This document shows, piece after piece, positions 47,804 through 58,341 of a stretch of 64,000 nt of DNA. The translations under genes were made by a program, and so were the position numbers. The stretch lies in the NCBI GenBank assembly GCA_024704765.1, contig JAKMXF010000188.1, forward strand, positions 605,715 through 669,714. The letters are read 5' to 3'. This stretch comes from Oopsacas minuta. Its lineage: Eukaryota; Animalia; Porifera. Positions within the stretch are counted from its first letter, which is position 1. Every line of letters begins with the position of its first letter. The notes below the pieces were generated by a model, which was not told the origin of the DNA, made no database searches, and worked only from the letters and a program-made list of their open reading frames with translations.

Positions 47804-48131
47804 CGTTGTAACAAGCCCTGGCAGTTTATATTAGTAGTGGGGAGTGCTACATTTGATGATACTCCTCCCATACCAGATCAAGTCCCGTGTATCAGCATTG
47901 GAGAAGGTTCGGTAACCATTCAGCATCTCATCACCTACACAGACATAGAACATGACACTGTGAATATCAGTCTGACATCTGTCACATTCACACGAGCTTC
48001 TTCTGAGTACTCTCTTGCTGAAGATGGGACAAGTTTATTGAATGCTGAAATAAATGGAAACATATTTTACTTCACTCCTTGTAGTGGTTGTTATGGCAAC
48101 CTATCCGTGCAGTACTCACTAACAGAGACAG
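47804..48131 (+). CDS. Giant gene exon 9
   Basis: Acceptor TCCAATATTCTATAG at 47802–47803, phase 0. The exon encodes …SATFDDTPPIPDQVPCISIGEG…. Donor AG|GTAATC at 48132, phase 1. Confidence 0.5.
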
Positions 48132-48719
48132 GTAATCCAATGTATATGTTGCTTGTACAGGAATATATACCTCGAACGATCTGTATCACTTTTGTCTATT
48201 AGCTAAATTAAATATATTTCAGAGTTGGAAAAAATCAAACAAAATCAGATTATTTCGAGTGGGTTTACACACCCTTATTTTGCCAATTATTTAAACCAAT
48301 CTACAGTAAACTCTCGTTGTACTGAAGTGCTGGGAGCCTCGGTTTCATTTCATTATGATCGGAGTTTGTTGTAACCTGAGTACGTTAATGCACAATTGTT
48401 TGTAAAATAATGTCAATAATAGCGGAAGTCTTTTATCTAAGTTCGTTAAATCCGGAGTTTATGTAATAAAATATCAATTTGAGCGGTATTAGTTCAACTG
48501 GGGTTGTTATCAGCGGATTTCGTTATAACGAGATGAAATTCAATAGCTTTTGACATAAAGGGGATAACAAATAACTTGGTTATAAGCAGAATTTCGTTGT
48601 ATCCTTCCATGTATTTGTTATAAACGAAGTTTTATAATGTAATTAGATGGAAGGATTTAGGACCATTAGACCACTTCGTGATAACGGGAGTTTACTGTAT
48701 ATTATCAAATTGCCATTTT

Positions 48720-49080
48720 TGCCTGTTTGTTTGTTTGTCTATTTGTCCGTTGTCAAAGAAAGGATTTATGGAATGTTGTATCGAATTCGAATTTCTCAAT
48801 ATGAGATGTTGCATAACTATGTATTTATCGTTTATACCAAAAGTAAACAGAATTCAATATAACTTAACTAAATAAATCGAATGTGCTGAATCTGATTTCC
48901 ACACTTTTGAATTAGTCATATGTAAATTTATTGTTATTTTATGAATAGAAAGAAAATAATTTCTTGAGATGCCACAATAATAGTAGAGACTTGCTCTTAA
49001 CTGCTACAATGGCTTAACAAAGTACGCTGAATCCGAATTTCGCATTTTCAAGTTTTCATATTTGTGATCTAGGAAATTCT
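48720..49080 (+). repeat. R2 SINE-like repeat copy
   Basis: About 80% identical to 55950–56300 over about 350 bp. Confidence 0.65.
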
Positions 49081-49109
49081 TTGATTCTATATACATATAT
49101 TCCCATCAG

Positions 49110-49320
49110 GTACTCCTTCATTACTTGGCACTCCATTGTATGCAGATAATGAATTCCTCATCGAGATACTATCAGTTAATGAAAATCCTAAACTAATGAT
49201 AGACCAGGAAAATGTCAATTCCCTCATTACTCTATACAGGACAGATAATACCTCAGTAGTTACCCTACAACTCACAGGATATAGTTATGATGTGGATGAT
49301 GGAGATTATGTGTATTTCAG
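49110..49320 (+). CDS. Giant gene exon 10
   Basis: Acceptor TTCCCATCAG at 49108–49109, phase (1+2). GTAAGA donor at 49321. Confidence 0.55.
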
Positions 49321-49402
49321 GTAAGATAATTCAGCATTTGAAATATGAAATCAAATTAATATTGCATACCAGAATGAGTATTGTCATTTAATACTTCCTC
49401 AG

Positions 49403-49649
49403 GTATCTAAACTGTTCATACTGTAAACTAGTAGTGAGCGAGATTTCTCCCTCTTCCAACCCAAACATATCTGCTCAATACACAACTTCAAGTAGAAATT
49501 TCTCTCTTAACTACACAGCTCTAGCGTACTACTATGGGACAGACCAATTTGGAATTGTATCATTGGACAGATTTGGTGCATTCTCTCTAGCTTACATTAT
49601 AGTAATCTCTATAAGATTTAAACCCTGTCTTAATGACGCAACTTGTAAG
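49403..49649 (+). CDS. Giant gene exon 11 (ends at the start of EGF module 1)
   Basis: Acceptor ACTTCCTCAG at 49401–49402, phase (2+1); 82-bp intron. The exon encodes …FKPCLNDATCK. GTATGT donor at 49650. Confidence 0.55.
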
Positions 49650-49764
49650 GTATGTGAGGGAGGCATCGAATTGTAGTATTTGAATATTTGCTGAGTGTAA
49701 AGAACTGTGAAATTAGAATTTAGAAAATCATGTTGTATCTTCATAAAATTTTCTTTTCATTTAG

Positions 49765-50111
49765 GGCCCAAATAATGATCCTGATTGTAGCAAAATTATT
49801 GAAATCGAAGACTTCTCCAGTGAGTATTCATGTGAGTGTACGGAAGAATGGGCACTGAGGAGATGTGATAAACCCAATCTCTGTCTCTCTCAGCCCTGTC
49901 ACTATAACGCCACCTGTCAGATTAAAGAGAATGGAGATTATGAGTGTTTATGTGAACCTGGATGGCGTTGTTCTCAGATCTTAACTCCAGGAGAAATATC
50001 TGCTGTCGTATTATCAATTGTGATTATTCTGCTAATTATAGCAGTTGTGAGTCTTATAGTGTGCGTCTATCTTATGCAGAAAAGGAAGGGAGTGTACAAT
50101 ATCGGGATTGC
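49765..50111 (+). CDS. Giant gene exon 12: rest of EGF-1, EGF-2, transmembrane helix and stop-transfer
   Basis: Acceptor TTTTCATTTAG at 49763–49764. The exon encodes GPNNDPDCSKIIEIEDFSSEYSCECTEEWALRRCDKPNLCLSQPCHYNATCQIKENGDYECLCEPGWRCSQ…ISAVVLSIVIILLIIAVVSLIVCVYLMQKRKG…. GTAAGT donor at 50112. Confidence 0.65.
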
Positions 50112-50735
50112 GTAAGTACTTAAACAGTAATTACATTATCTTCATAGACAGTATATATGTCTATGAAAATAATGTAATTACATAATTTATCACATGATTA
50201 TTTATATTTACTGTGCCGACTATACTTTAGTATAGTCAGCACAGTATTGAAATGGTTCCCTTTTTGTATTGCTTTTAGTATAGCATTTTTGCTGAAAATA
50301 AATGAAAATATTCATTATATAGCATTATGTCATCGGTAATAATTCAATTGTTCTTAGATGTTAAATCTAAATTTAACGGTAGCTTTAATTATTTATATTA
50401 TATTTATGAATAAAATATTTTTAAAATTAACCATGGATAATTTATAAACATGTATTTCTCCGATTATATAACCTTGGAATAATCGTAGGAGATTGTTCTA
50501 AACAGCAAAAGGGGGTAATTCAATACGCTGATTCCGAATCTGACACTCTTGAATTTGTACCGATCAAATCTTCTCCAGTATTCCCTTCTATTAATATTAT
50601 TTAGTCAACTGATAATTATTGCAAACAAATTGAACATTATATGAATTGGATATTCATAGTAAATTGTAAATATATTGTATGGTGGATTTCCCCCCGCGAA
50701 AAGAACAAAAAAATTACAACCTGTGCAGACAGCTT

Positions 50736-50871
50736 AGTCTATTAAATTCAATTTGTTTAAAAAGTGGCACTATTAATTGAAGGCACCAAGTGTAATGAGA
50801 TTAAACCTAACCTTTCATAGTGCCTCCAATTAATAGTGCCACTTTTTAAACAGATTGAATTTAATAGACTA
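50736..50871. repeat. Near-perfect hairpin or foldback MITE (52-bp arms, 32-bp loop)
   Basis: 50736–50787 is the reverse complement of 50820–50871 with 2 mismatches. It contains an AAAAAGTGGCAC motif shared with the 53.4–54.3 kb foldback element. Confidence 0.8.
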
Positions 50872-51924
50872 AGTGGCACTTGGCGTCCGATTTGATTAGT
50901 AAAGGGGAGAAGCACTCCCGACGAATATCTTCAATATTTCTCACATCATATATCACCTTAATTCTATCCAGTTTTCGCTGCAGGGCTTTCACGGAGAAAA
51001 AAAATATAGGCACCCATTTCAATACTGAGCCACTATACTAAAGTATAGTTGGCACAATATCAATAACCCTGAGCTGCACTGCTAGTCTGTCGACTGGACA
51101 TTTTTATTTTAATTCTGTCTATTAACCAATAACTTTCGACTACTAGCCATTACTCTAAAGTCTAAAAACAGAGACTAATTATGTCATGTACGTATTTAGT
51201 TTGTTAAATGAAAATATATACAGTGGAAACCGGCTAATAGCAAATCGTATTTTTGTAAGAATTTTCCTTTACTAATATAACGCGAATTTTGCTATTATGC
51301 ACACTAATAACTATACAAATCTGCACTCTATGTCCATGAAAAAAGTTGCTAATATGCGGATTTTGCTATCAGACGAATTGTTGATAGGCGGTTTCGAATG
51401 TAATTGTCTCACTAGCAACACAATTCACATCTGAGAGAGAATTACCATTTCTATCATACAAAAAATACATTTTTGTACTAACTTAAATAAATGTGTTATA
51501 TGCGTGTCATGGCCAGCAGTAGTAATCATATATTATGTATCCACTATTTGAGCGTATATACGAATACAGTCGACCCTCTGACATCCGGTCACCTACTTAA
51601 ATCGGGTAGGATTTATTGAATCGTTTCAAACTGTTTGATCATTTTCTGGTAAATTTCCTCATAATATAGTTGATTTTAGCTGTGCGTATTATTACTATTT
51701 TCAAGTCAAGTACGTTTTCAGCCTTCACAAACTCTGAAAATATCATATCTATATCTATTCCATTCCGTAATGAAACCCATCTCAAATTTGGGATAATAAA
51801 CTATTTCTGAGATTCAGTCAAATTCTAAACTCCGGACACCTCTGGAAGACACTGCCCGAATTTCGGAGGTTCGGCTATTTTACCAAGACTACGTATACAT
51901 GTTTTGATCTAATGTCTCTTTTAG

Positions 51925-52051
51925 GCAAAGAAATAATATAATAATTGCAAACCCTGCAATTGTACAATTAGAAGAGGTTCGAGCTCGAGTGGATGTAACT
52001 GAAGATGCCTTAGTTATCGAGTCCCCATTCATAGAAGAAACGATTCTCTGA
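51925..52051 (+). CDS. Giant gene terminal exon (cytoplasmic tail, TGA stop 52049–52051)
   Basis: Acceptor TGTCTCTTTTAG at 51923–51924, in phase with exon 12 (2+1). 42 open codons AQRNNIIIANPAIVQLEEVRARVDVTEDALVIESPFIEETIL*. The summed CDS is 13,746 nt, which is divisible by 3. Confidence 0.45.
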
Positions 52052-52639
52052 ATTGTCAGCAGTACTTTTATGCTAAGATGGGCCTACGTAATTGTATCTT
52101 TTAGCAGCGGATTTTTGATGTTTCAATTTTATTGTATCTTTCTGTTGAATATTGTTGAATTTTGTATATTTTCTTGCAGTTAGATTTGAGGTATAGATAA
52201 ATTACTTTTACTGTGCCGAGTATACAATCGCATAGTCATAGCAGTCCCGCTCCGCGCACCTGGCCTTAAAAAGGAGCGGCGCTCGGCATTCCCACCTCCG
52301 CTCATTACACGGACAATGAGTGCACTCCAACTCGTGCTCCTGCATAAAGGAGCGCGTTCCAATTGGCTCTTTTCATTCTTCCAGAGTTACATTAAATTTT
52401 TTATTATAGATACGTAATAAGTAAAGAATTTGACCAATACATATCCAGGAAATTGCTAATGTGCAACGTCAAAACAGTACCAACAAATACATACATATGT
52501 AATGTAAAATCGTCCCAGCAACGATGTTGAAATTTATGCAGAACAACGATTAAAGTTTATTTGCAATCATATAGTAGTGCCGCATGCTAGGTTTTAACTG
52601 TCGTGAGTATGATTTTGAGATTTTCAAAGCCTGAAAGTA

Positions 52640-52905
52640 ACAATTTCACAGATTTATGATATGATTAATCATATTTACATACCTTTGGTATATATATTAA
52701 TACGATCTAGAATTTCGTTTTACTGTTTGACAGGAGTAATCGAGCATGGAGATTCCGATGTTTATTTAATATTTCAAATCTCTATCTACATGATTTATCA
52801 TATGATTAATCATATTGTCACCACTTCACGAAAATTAATTTGTATTGGTCAGAAATATGATTCAGATGACTGAACTGCACTCCCAGCCTGTCGTCTGGAC
52901 ATTTT
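52640..52905 (+). repeat. Two R1 units plus the R1 terminal module
   Basis: GATTAATCAT cores at 52660–52680 and 52800–52820. The terminal CTGAACTGCACTCCCAGCCTGTCGTCTGGACATTTTTAC sits at 52862–52905. Confidence 0.6.
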
Positions 52906-53396
52906 TACTACGATTCGGCAGCATGTATTAGTCCCGGAGGGAGACATTTGTGTTCACTGTACACATATATCTGTATAAACTTTGCACCAGCTTTTTACCT
53001 TGGATTAGTGTCAATATTTTCCTGGTTGTCAAATTGGGTATTTTAAATGGATATCTACTTGGTGAATAGGTTTTGATTGAATTAGTTAAGAATATTGGTT
53101 AATGGAACTTATAATTGGTGATTATGTGTATTTTAGCTCACTATTCCACTAATTGCATACTTGTACAAAGCTAGTGCATATTTGCCAACATAGCTTCTCA
53201 AGAATCCGTTAGAAACCGTCTGAAAAGTCTTGAGTCCGTGAGAAATCGTGAGATTACCCTTGAGAAACGTGAGACCGTATTGATTTGGAATTACATTTAT
53301 ATGGAGCCCAAAAAATTTCATGCGAATACTGTGTTCGCAAGCCGCGCAGCGCGTGCAAGCGAAGCTGCTTACAGAATGAATTATTCTACTTATTAT

Positions 53397-54307
53397 ATAC
53401 AGTCAAGGGACAAAAGTATTCAACCACACAATTATATTGTCATAAAATGTATACTCTTTCCCGCTCCTATATATTGTGTAGTCTATATTCGTAGCTGCAA
53501 TCTAGTAAATTGCATAGAGTAACATATGTTTTCCAAGAATTTCAAAAAATATTTTCGATTTACACTTTTTGAAGGTGTTAATTATTAATAATTATTAGAT
53601 TATTATTGATAATCAAAATATGTGGTAATTCAAAACCTATTAAGAATCTATAATTTCTGACTTGATATTTGAATTCTACGTAGGCGAGTTACCCTAGATT
53701 TAAATTTCCAATGAGATTGAACAATTTTTACCAAAGTTAAAGAAGAATTTCAATTTGTGTCATTTGTGCCACCTTTTGCCCAAGGTGGCACAAGTGGCCG
53801 CTACCAAGAGATTATTTTATAATTCAAGGGTTAGCATAGTCATATCATTCGAAAATACAACTTTGACTTATACCTCCTAACCATAGTTGATTTCCTTGTA
53901 GTGGCGCTTATTCCTGCCACCTGTGCCACTTTTTCAAAAAGTGGCACAAATTGAAATTCTTTTATAACTTTGGTAAAATTGTTCAATCCGATTGGAAATT
54001 TCATTCTGGGGTAACTCGCCTATGTAGAATTCAAATATCAAGTCAGAAATTATAGATTCTTAATAGGTTTTGAATTACCACATATTTTGATTATCAATAA
54101 TTATCTAATAATTATTAATAATTAACACCTTCAAAAAGTGTAAATCGAAAATATTTTTTTGAAATTCTTGAAAAACATGTGTTACTCTATGCAATTTACT
54201 AGATTGCAGATACGAATATAGACTACACAATTTATAGGGGCGGGAAGGAGTATACAATTTATGACAATATATTTATGTGGTCGAATACTTTTGTCCCTTA
54301 ACTGTAT
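53397..54307. mobile_element. Foldback element (about 390-bp arms, about 125-bp spacer)
   Basis: 53397–53790 is the reverse complement of 53915–54307 (ATACAGTCAAGGGACAAAAGTATT… / …AATACTTTTGTCCCTTAACTGTAT). The spacer and inner arms carry GTGGCAC motifs. Confidence 0.7.
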
Positions 54308-54782
54308 GTCTAATCAGTATAGAGCACTATGATGAATTAATAATTAATATTTTCAAATTCCTTCAAAAGTACTCAATGATTTAGCCTATTTTAGACAGAA
54401 TCAAGTTGTCAGAGTTTGATTAATAGATATACTATTATATATTTGCAAATTAAAATTCAAACATTTGCTATAAATTATGATATTATAATTACTCATTTTA
54501 AGTAAAATATTTAATTCAAAGAATATGATCTACACATTCTAATAATTTGACTGATTAGTATAGTGAAACGATTTACAAGTCAATTTATTCGTGGATAAAC
54601 GGAGTTGTAGTTGTGTAAATTTTACAATGCTTACATTTAAGGCGGTATAAATAGGAATGTAAGCATATACAAAACAGATACAAATAACATATATTATGAA
54701 CAGTACAAACATATAGAAAGGGATTGTAACTTCAAATGAGATAATAAATATATTTTGTCTCCCAATAGTATACATTAACATA

Positions 54783-55862
54783 TTGTGTCTACTTATTCTC
54801 TCAATTTCTTGGGTAATATACCTGTCTGTGCGTTTGATCAAAGATCATAGAAATTATAAATTGACACTGAAAACACAAAGCAGCCGAGCAAGGCACTCTT
54901 TCGGGAACGATTTGAAAAACTTTGACTCGAATAAAACAAAAAATATTCCTCTGATTGTCACATGTGTGTGTGAATGTGTGTTGGTCATATCTTATCTTCT
55001 TTATCACGGAAGAATTGAAACCTTGAATGATGAAAATACTTCACATGAGAGGCAATTCTATTATTTTCATTTCTTCCTTGCTAATGCTAGATACTTTCAT
55101 TCACTAACACATATGGTAGTTCGCATTTCTAATACACTTACTGCAATGGCTACTTACGCGTTATTAATGTTTGTTCGCACTCTTACACAATTTTTGATTC
55201 ACAAATACGAATATTTTCGATCTGCCCCGAAGTTAAAATCTAAGCTTGTCGTATCAATGTCAATGCTTATAATTCTGTCGCTCTTGGGACTACTAAGGAT
55301 CTTTATACTGTTTCACTACATCCTGATTCTGCTTGTTGTAAGTTATGAATTCTTTCTTATAATAAACGAAACCAAATCTCTGTTACGGTTACTCAAACCA
55401 CGTCTCGAAGATTCAATAAATCATGAAAATCAGAACAGACATGTCATTCGCTATTACAGAATAGCTTATAAAGACTATTTAATAGGTTCTAATGTTCTAT
55501 TGGTTGCTTTCCTCTTCCAAACTATTGGTATCTCTATCAGCCTTATTCATCCCATTATCTTATCAATAATAGTATTACATAAGGACTTGAGGTGGGATTA
55601 TCTTATCTCCTTACCTATGGATATCACGCACCAATTCTCATCTTATGCGCTAGCATATAATTTGATAGTCTCCTCTTTGGAAGAAATAATAATGTCGGTT
55701 GGATTTAGTTTGCTGAATATTCCGTACTTATTAGTGTCGTTGAGATGTGTTATTCGACACATCAAGAAGAGAATTACATCGCATGCCATAAACCAAATTC
55801 ACAATCCAATGTTTACAAAGCTACTAGAAAACAATCATAGAGCCTATGCATTCAAATACTGA
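54783..55862 (+). CDS. Multi-pass membrane protein (at least 6 hydrophobic helices), possibly 7TM chemoreceptor-like; the 5' end is unresolved because the listed start is TTG
   Basis: Open 359-codon frame with regularly spaced hydrophobic segments (e.g. NIPLIVTCVCECVLVISYLLY, LVVSMSMLIILSLLGLLRIFILF, VLLVAFLFQTIGISISLIHPIILSIIVL). No family-specific motif was recognised. Confidence 0.35.
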   Translation: MCLLILSISWVIYLSVRLIKDHRNYKLTLKTQSSRARHSFGNDLKNFDSNKTKNIPLIVTCVCECVLVISYLLYHGRIETLNDENTSHERQFYYFHFFLANARYFHSLTHMVVRISNTLTAMATYALLMFVRTLTQFLIHKYEYFRSAPKLKSKLVVSMSMLIILSLLGLLRIFILFHYILILLVVSYEFFLIINETKSLLRLLKPRLEDSINHENQNRHVIRYYRIAYKDYLIGSNVLLVAFLFQTIGISISLIHPIILSIIVLHKDLRWDYLISLPMDITHQFSSYALAYNLIVSSLEEIIMSVGFSLLNIPYLLVSLRCVIRHIKKRITSHAINQIHNPMFTKLLENNHRAYAFKY

Positions 55863-55949
55863 TGTTTAAACTATTGAGGATAACATATTCAATATGTCAA
55901 TTAATTTGTGATTTTGTAATTTGAATATTGAGTAATAAGAATTATTGGA

Positions 55950-56300
55950 AATATGTCGGCAATATGTATGTGTGTATGTTCGTCTGTTGTTAAGGAAATG
56001 ATTTATGGAATGTTGTGTTTGAATTCAAATTTCTCAATTCTGAGATATCGCATAACTATGTATTTATCGTGTTTACCAATTAAGTAAACAGAACTTGACT
56101 AAATATATCGAATATGCTGAATCCGATATTCACACTTTTGAAACTTACATATATTTGTTGTTTTTATGAATAAAAAGTAAACAAATTCTCAAAATACTAA
56201 TATAGAGACTTGCATAATGGAATAGCAAAGTACACTGAATCCAAATTTGTCAATTTCAAGTTTCTCTTATGTATATTTACTGTTGTATTTATGAATCTAT
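55950..56300 (+). repeat. R2 SINE-like repeat copy
   Basis: See 48720–49080. Confidence 0.6.
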
Positions 56301-57209
56301 GTAAACAAATAATTGAAATCTCAAATTATGCGTAGAAACTCGCTCTAAACGATATTCATTGGTAGATAATCCTCTGATCCCCAGATTGTTTGGATTCCTG
56401 AATTTTCTCTGCCATCTTGACAATTACGAGAAAAAGCAGAGATGCAGCAGTCCAGACTGGACCGGGAAACACATACGTATTTATGATAAAGTAGTGAATA
56501 TTGAGATAAGAATGAAGATAGATTGGACAGTCATGCTATGTTATTATCGAATCCATATTATAGCATTTCTAGAAATAAGTCAATAAATGCATGGACAGTG
56601 GGGGTTATACCCCTGGACACCCATTCTCAATCAGACCGGACTGGAACGGGACGGACGATGGTCCAAAAGGTTTGAAAAAAATAACCCGGTCCTGTCAGAT
56701 CCGTAATTTTGCTGGAGCGGTGCATCTCTGGTACATAGACAAAGGAATTAGTTTGAATCAATTTTCGAGCCTCCTCTTACTTGAAATACTTGTATAAACA
56801 ACGAAACTAACAACTAAAATTATCCCATTTGTTTCTTAGTACATTATAATGGATCTTTAACACGGTTTTCCAGCTCACTTTTCAGGATTTGAAAGCAGAA
56901 TACTAGTAAAATAGGTGTTTTCACCTAGTACTAGATTTTGACCCCTATAATACTAGGTTTTGATACCACTCATACATTTGACTATTCACCATTGTGCATG
57001 TACAATTGGGATTCTGCACACCTATAATGCTACTAAAGTCAATAACAAATCCACTTCGCTCTGCGGTGGATCAGACGTCCTCGACAAATAATTTGAATGT
57101 CCTGATAAATAAGACACTTGAATACATTAGTTAAATCTGGATAAATAAATTCAGGAAGATCTTACCACATATTTTGGCATTATATGTCAATAACTAATAA
57201 ATACAAATA

Positions 57210-57872
57210 TCAGAAAGGGTATAGGAAAGGGAATAAACGTTTAACAACGATATTTACACAAGTTAATACGAATACAACCATAGCCAGGGTTACTTTAACT
57301 TTTGCCTTAAATCTTTGGTCTCTAAGCATATTAACTAAATACCGCCCTGCATCAACTGAACCACCTATCTCCTCCAACTCTGTATTTACTCCCTCTAGTG
57401 TGCTTGAAGACTCTACTAATGCTTCAAAGGTATCTTCTGAATGCCTCAATTGTGTAGCTAGCATTCTTCTAGTCTCTTCTAAACTGTGAATAAGTTCACT
57501 CTCTGAGTTCAAATTGTTCTTTTTCCTTCTTCTCACGAAAGAGACTTCTGTTTGCTCTTCGCTTCTCTTCATAGTCAGTCTTCTTAATGTAGCACGTATA
57601 TGTTGTATCTGTTGCTCGTGCCATTCGACTTTACTAAGAGTAACTTCTTGCTTAATTTTAGGTTGTGATATTGCCAGCAGAGAAAGTTGAGAAGAGAGAT
57701 TAGTTAGTTTGTCTAAATTAGAATTTATCTCATTTGAAAGAGGTTCATATACACTATCTGGTATTGATTTATCCGTACTAGTCTCTATATGTGACGTAAT
57801 CTTGTCCAGACATTTTACTTCCATAGCTACCATTTCTCTATGGTAGCTTTCTGTGTCTTTTGAACTTAGCAT
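57210..57872 (-). CDS. BNIP1: Vesicle transport protein SEC20 / BNIP1 homologue (tail-anchored SNARE), single exon
   Basis: The C-terminus …VKVTLAMVVFVLTCVNIVVKRLFPFL matches the BNIP1 TM anchor and the IVKKRLFPFL end. The length (220 aa) and preceding SNARE-like helix are consistent. TGA stop. Confidence 0.75.
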   Translation of the reverse strand: MLSSKDTESYHREMVAMEVKCLDKITSHIETSTDKSIPDSVYEPLSNEINSNLDKLTNLSSQLSLLAISQPKIKQEVTLSKVEWHEQQIQHIRATLRRLTMKRSEEQTEVSFVRRRKKNNLNSESELIHSLEETRRMLATQLRHSEDTFEALVESSSTLEGVNTELEEIGGSVDAGRYLVNMLRDQRFKAKVKVTLAMVVFVLTCVNIVVKRLFPFLYPF

Positions 57873-58341
57873 TTATACCTAATTACTGCTGTTGAAAATG
57901 TAAAGTTATTATTCAAATTATGAAATTACGACTATTTTGATATTTCTTTGTTTGTCTGGAAGATTCAGGCCTCGAAATCTCCCTCAATCTTACAGTACAT
58001 ACAGTGTCAAGTTATGTCGATACGCGGTACAGTTACAAATGATACAATATAGAATAATTCATACATACATAGTATGATATTTGAAAGTTTGTATTGGAAA
58101 CAACAAACCTGAAATCTGAAAATGTTCAATTATTCCCTAACAAGCAACAACCATGTGTAATGTCAAAAATAGACAAATCCTTTACGCCCCCAAACAAGAA
58201 TTATTAAATATATTTAGATTTCAGTGCCTTGTTTGGTATGTTATTGTCTATGCTTCAATGATACAACTAGCCAATCTTTCGAATAATCGCTAATAACATA
58301 TCATATTCCTCCCGAATAATTCCATAATTGCAATATACTGA

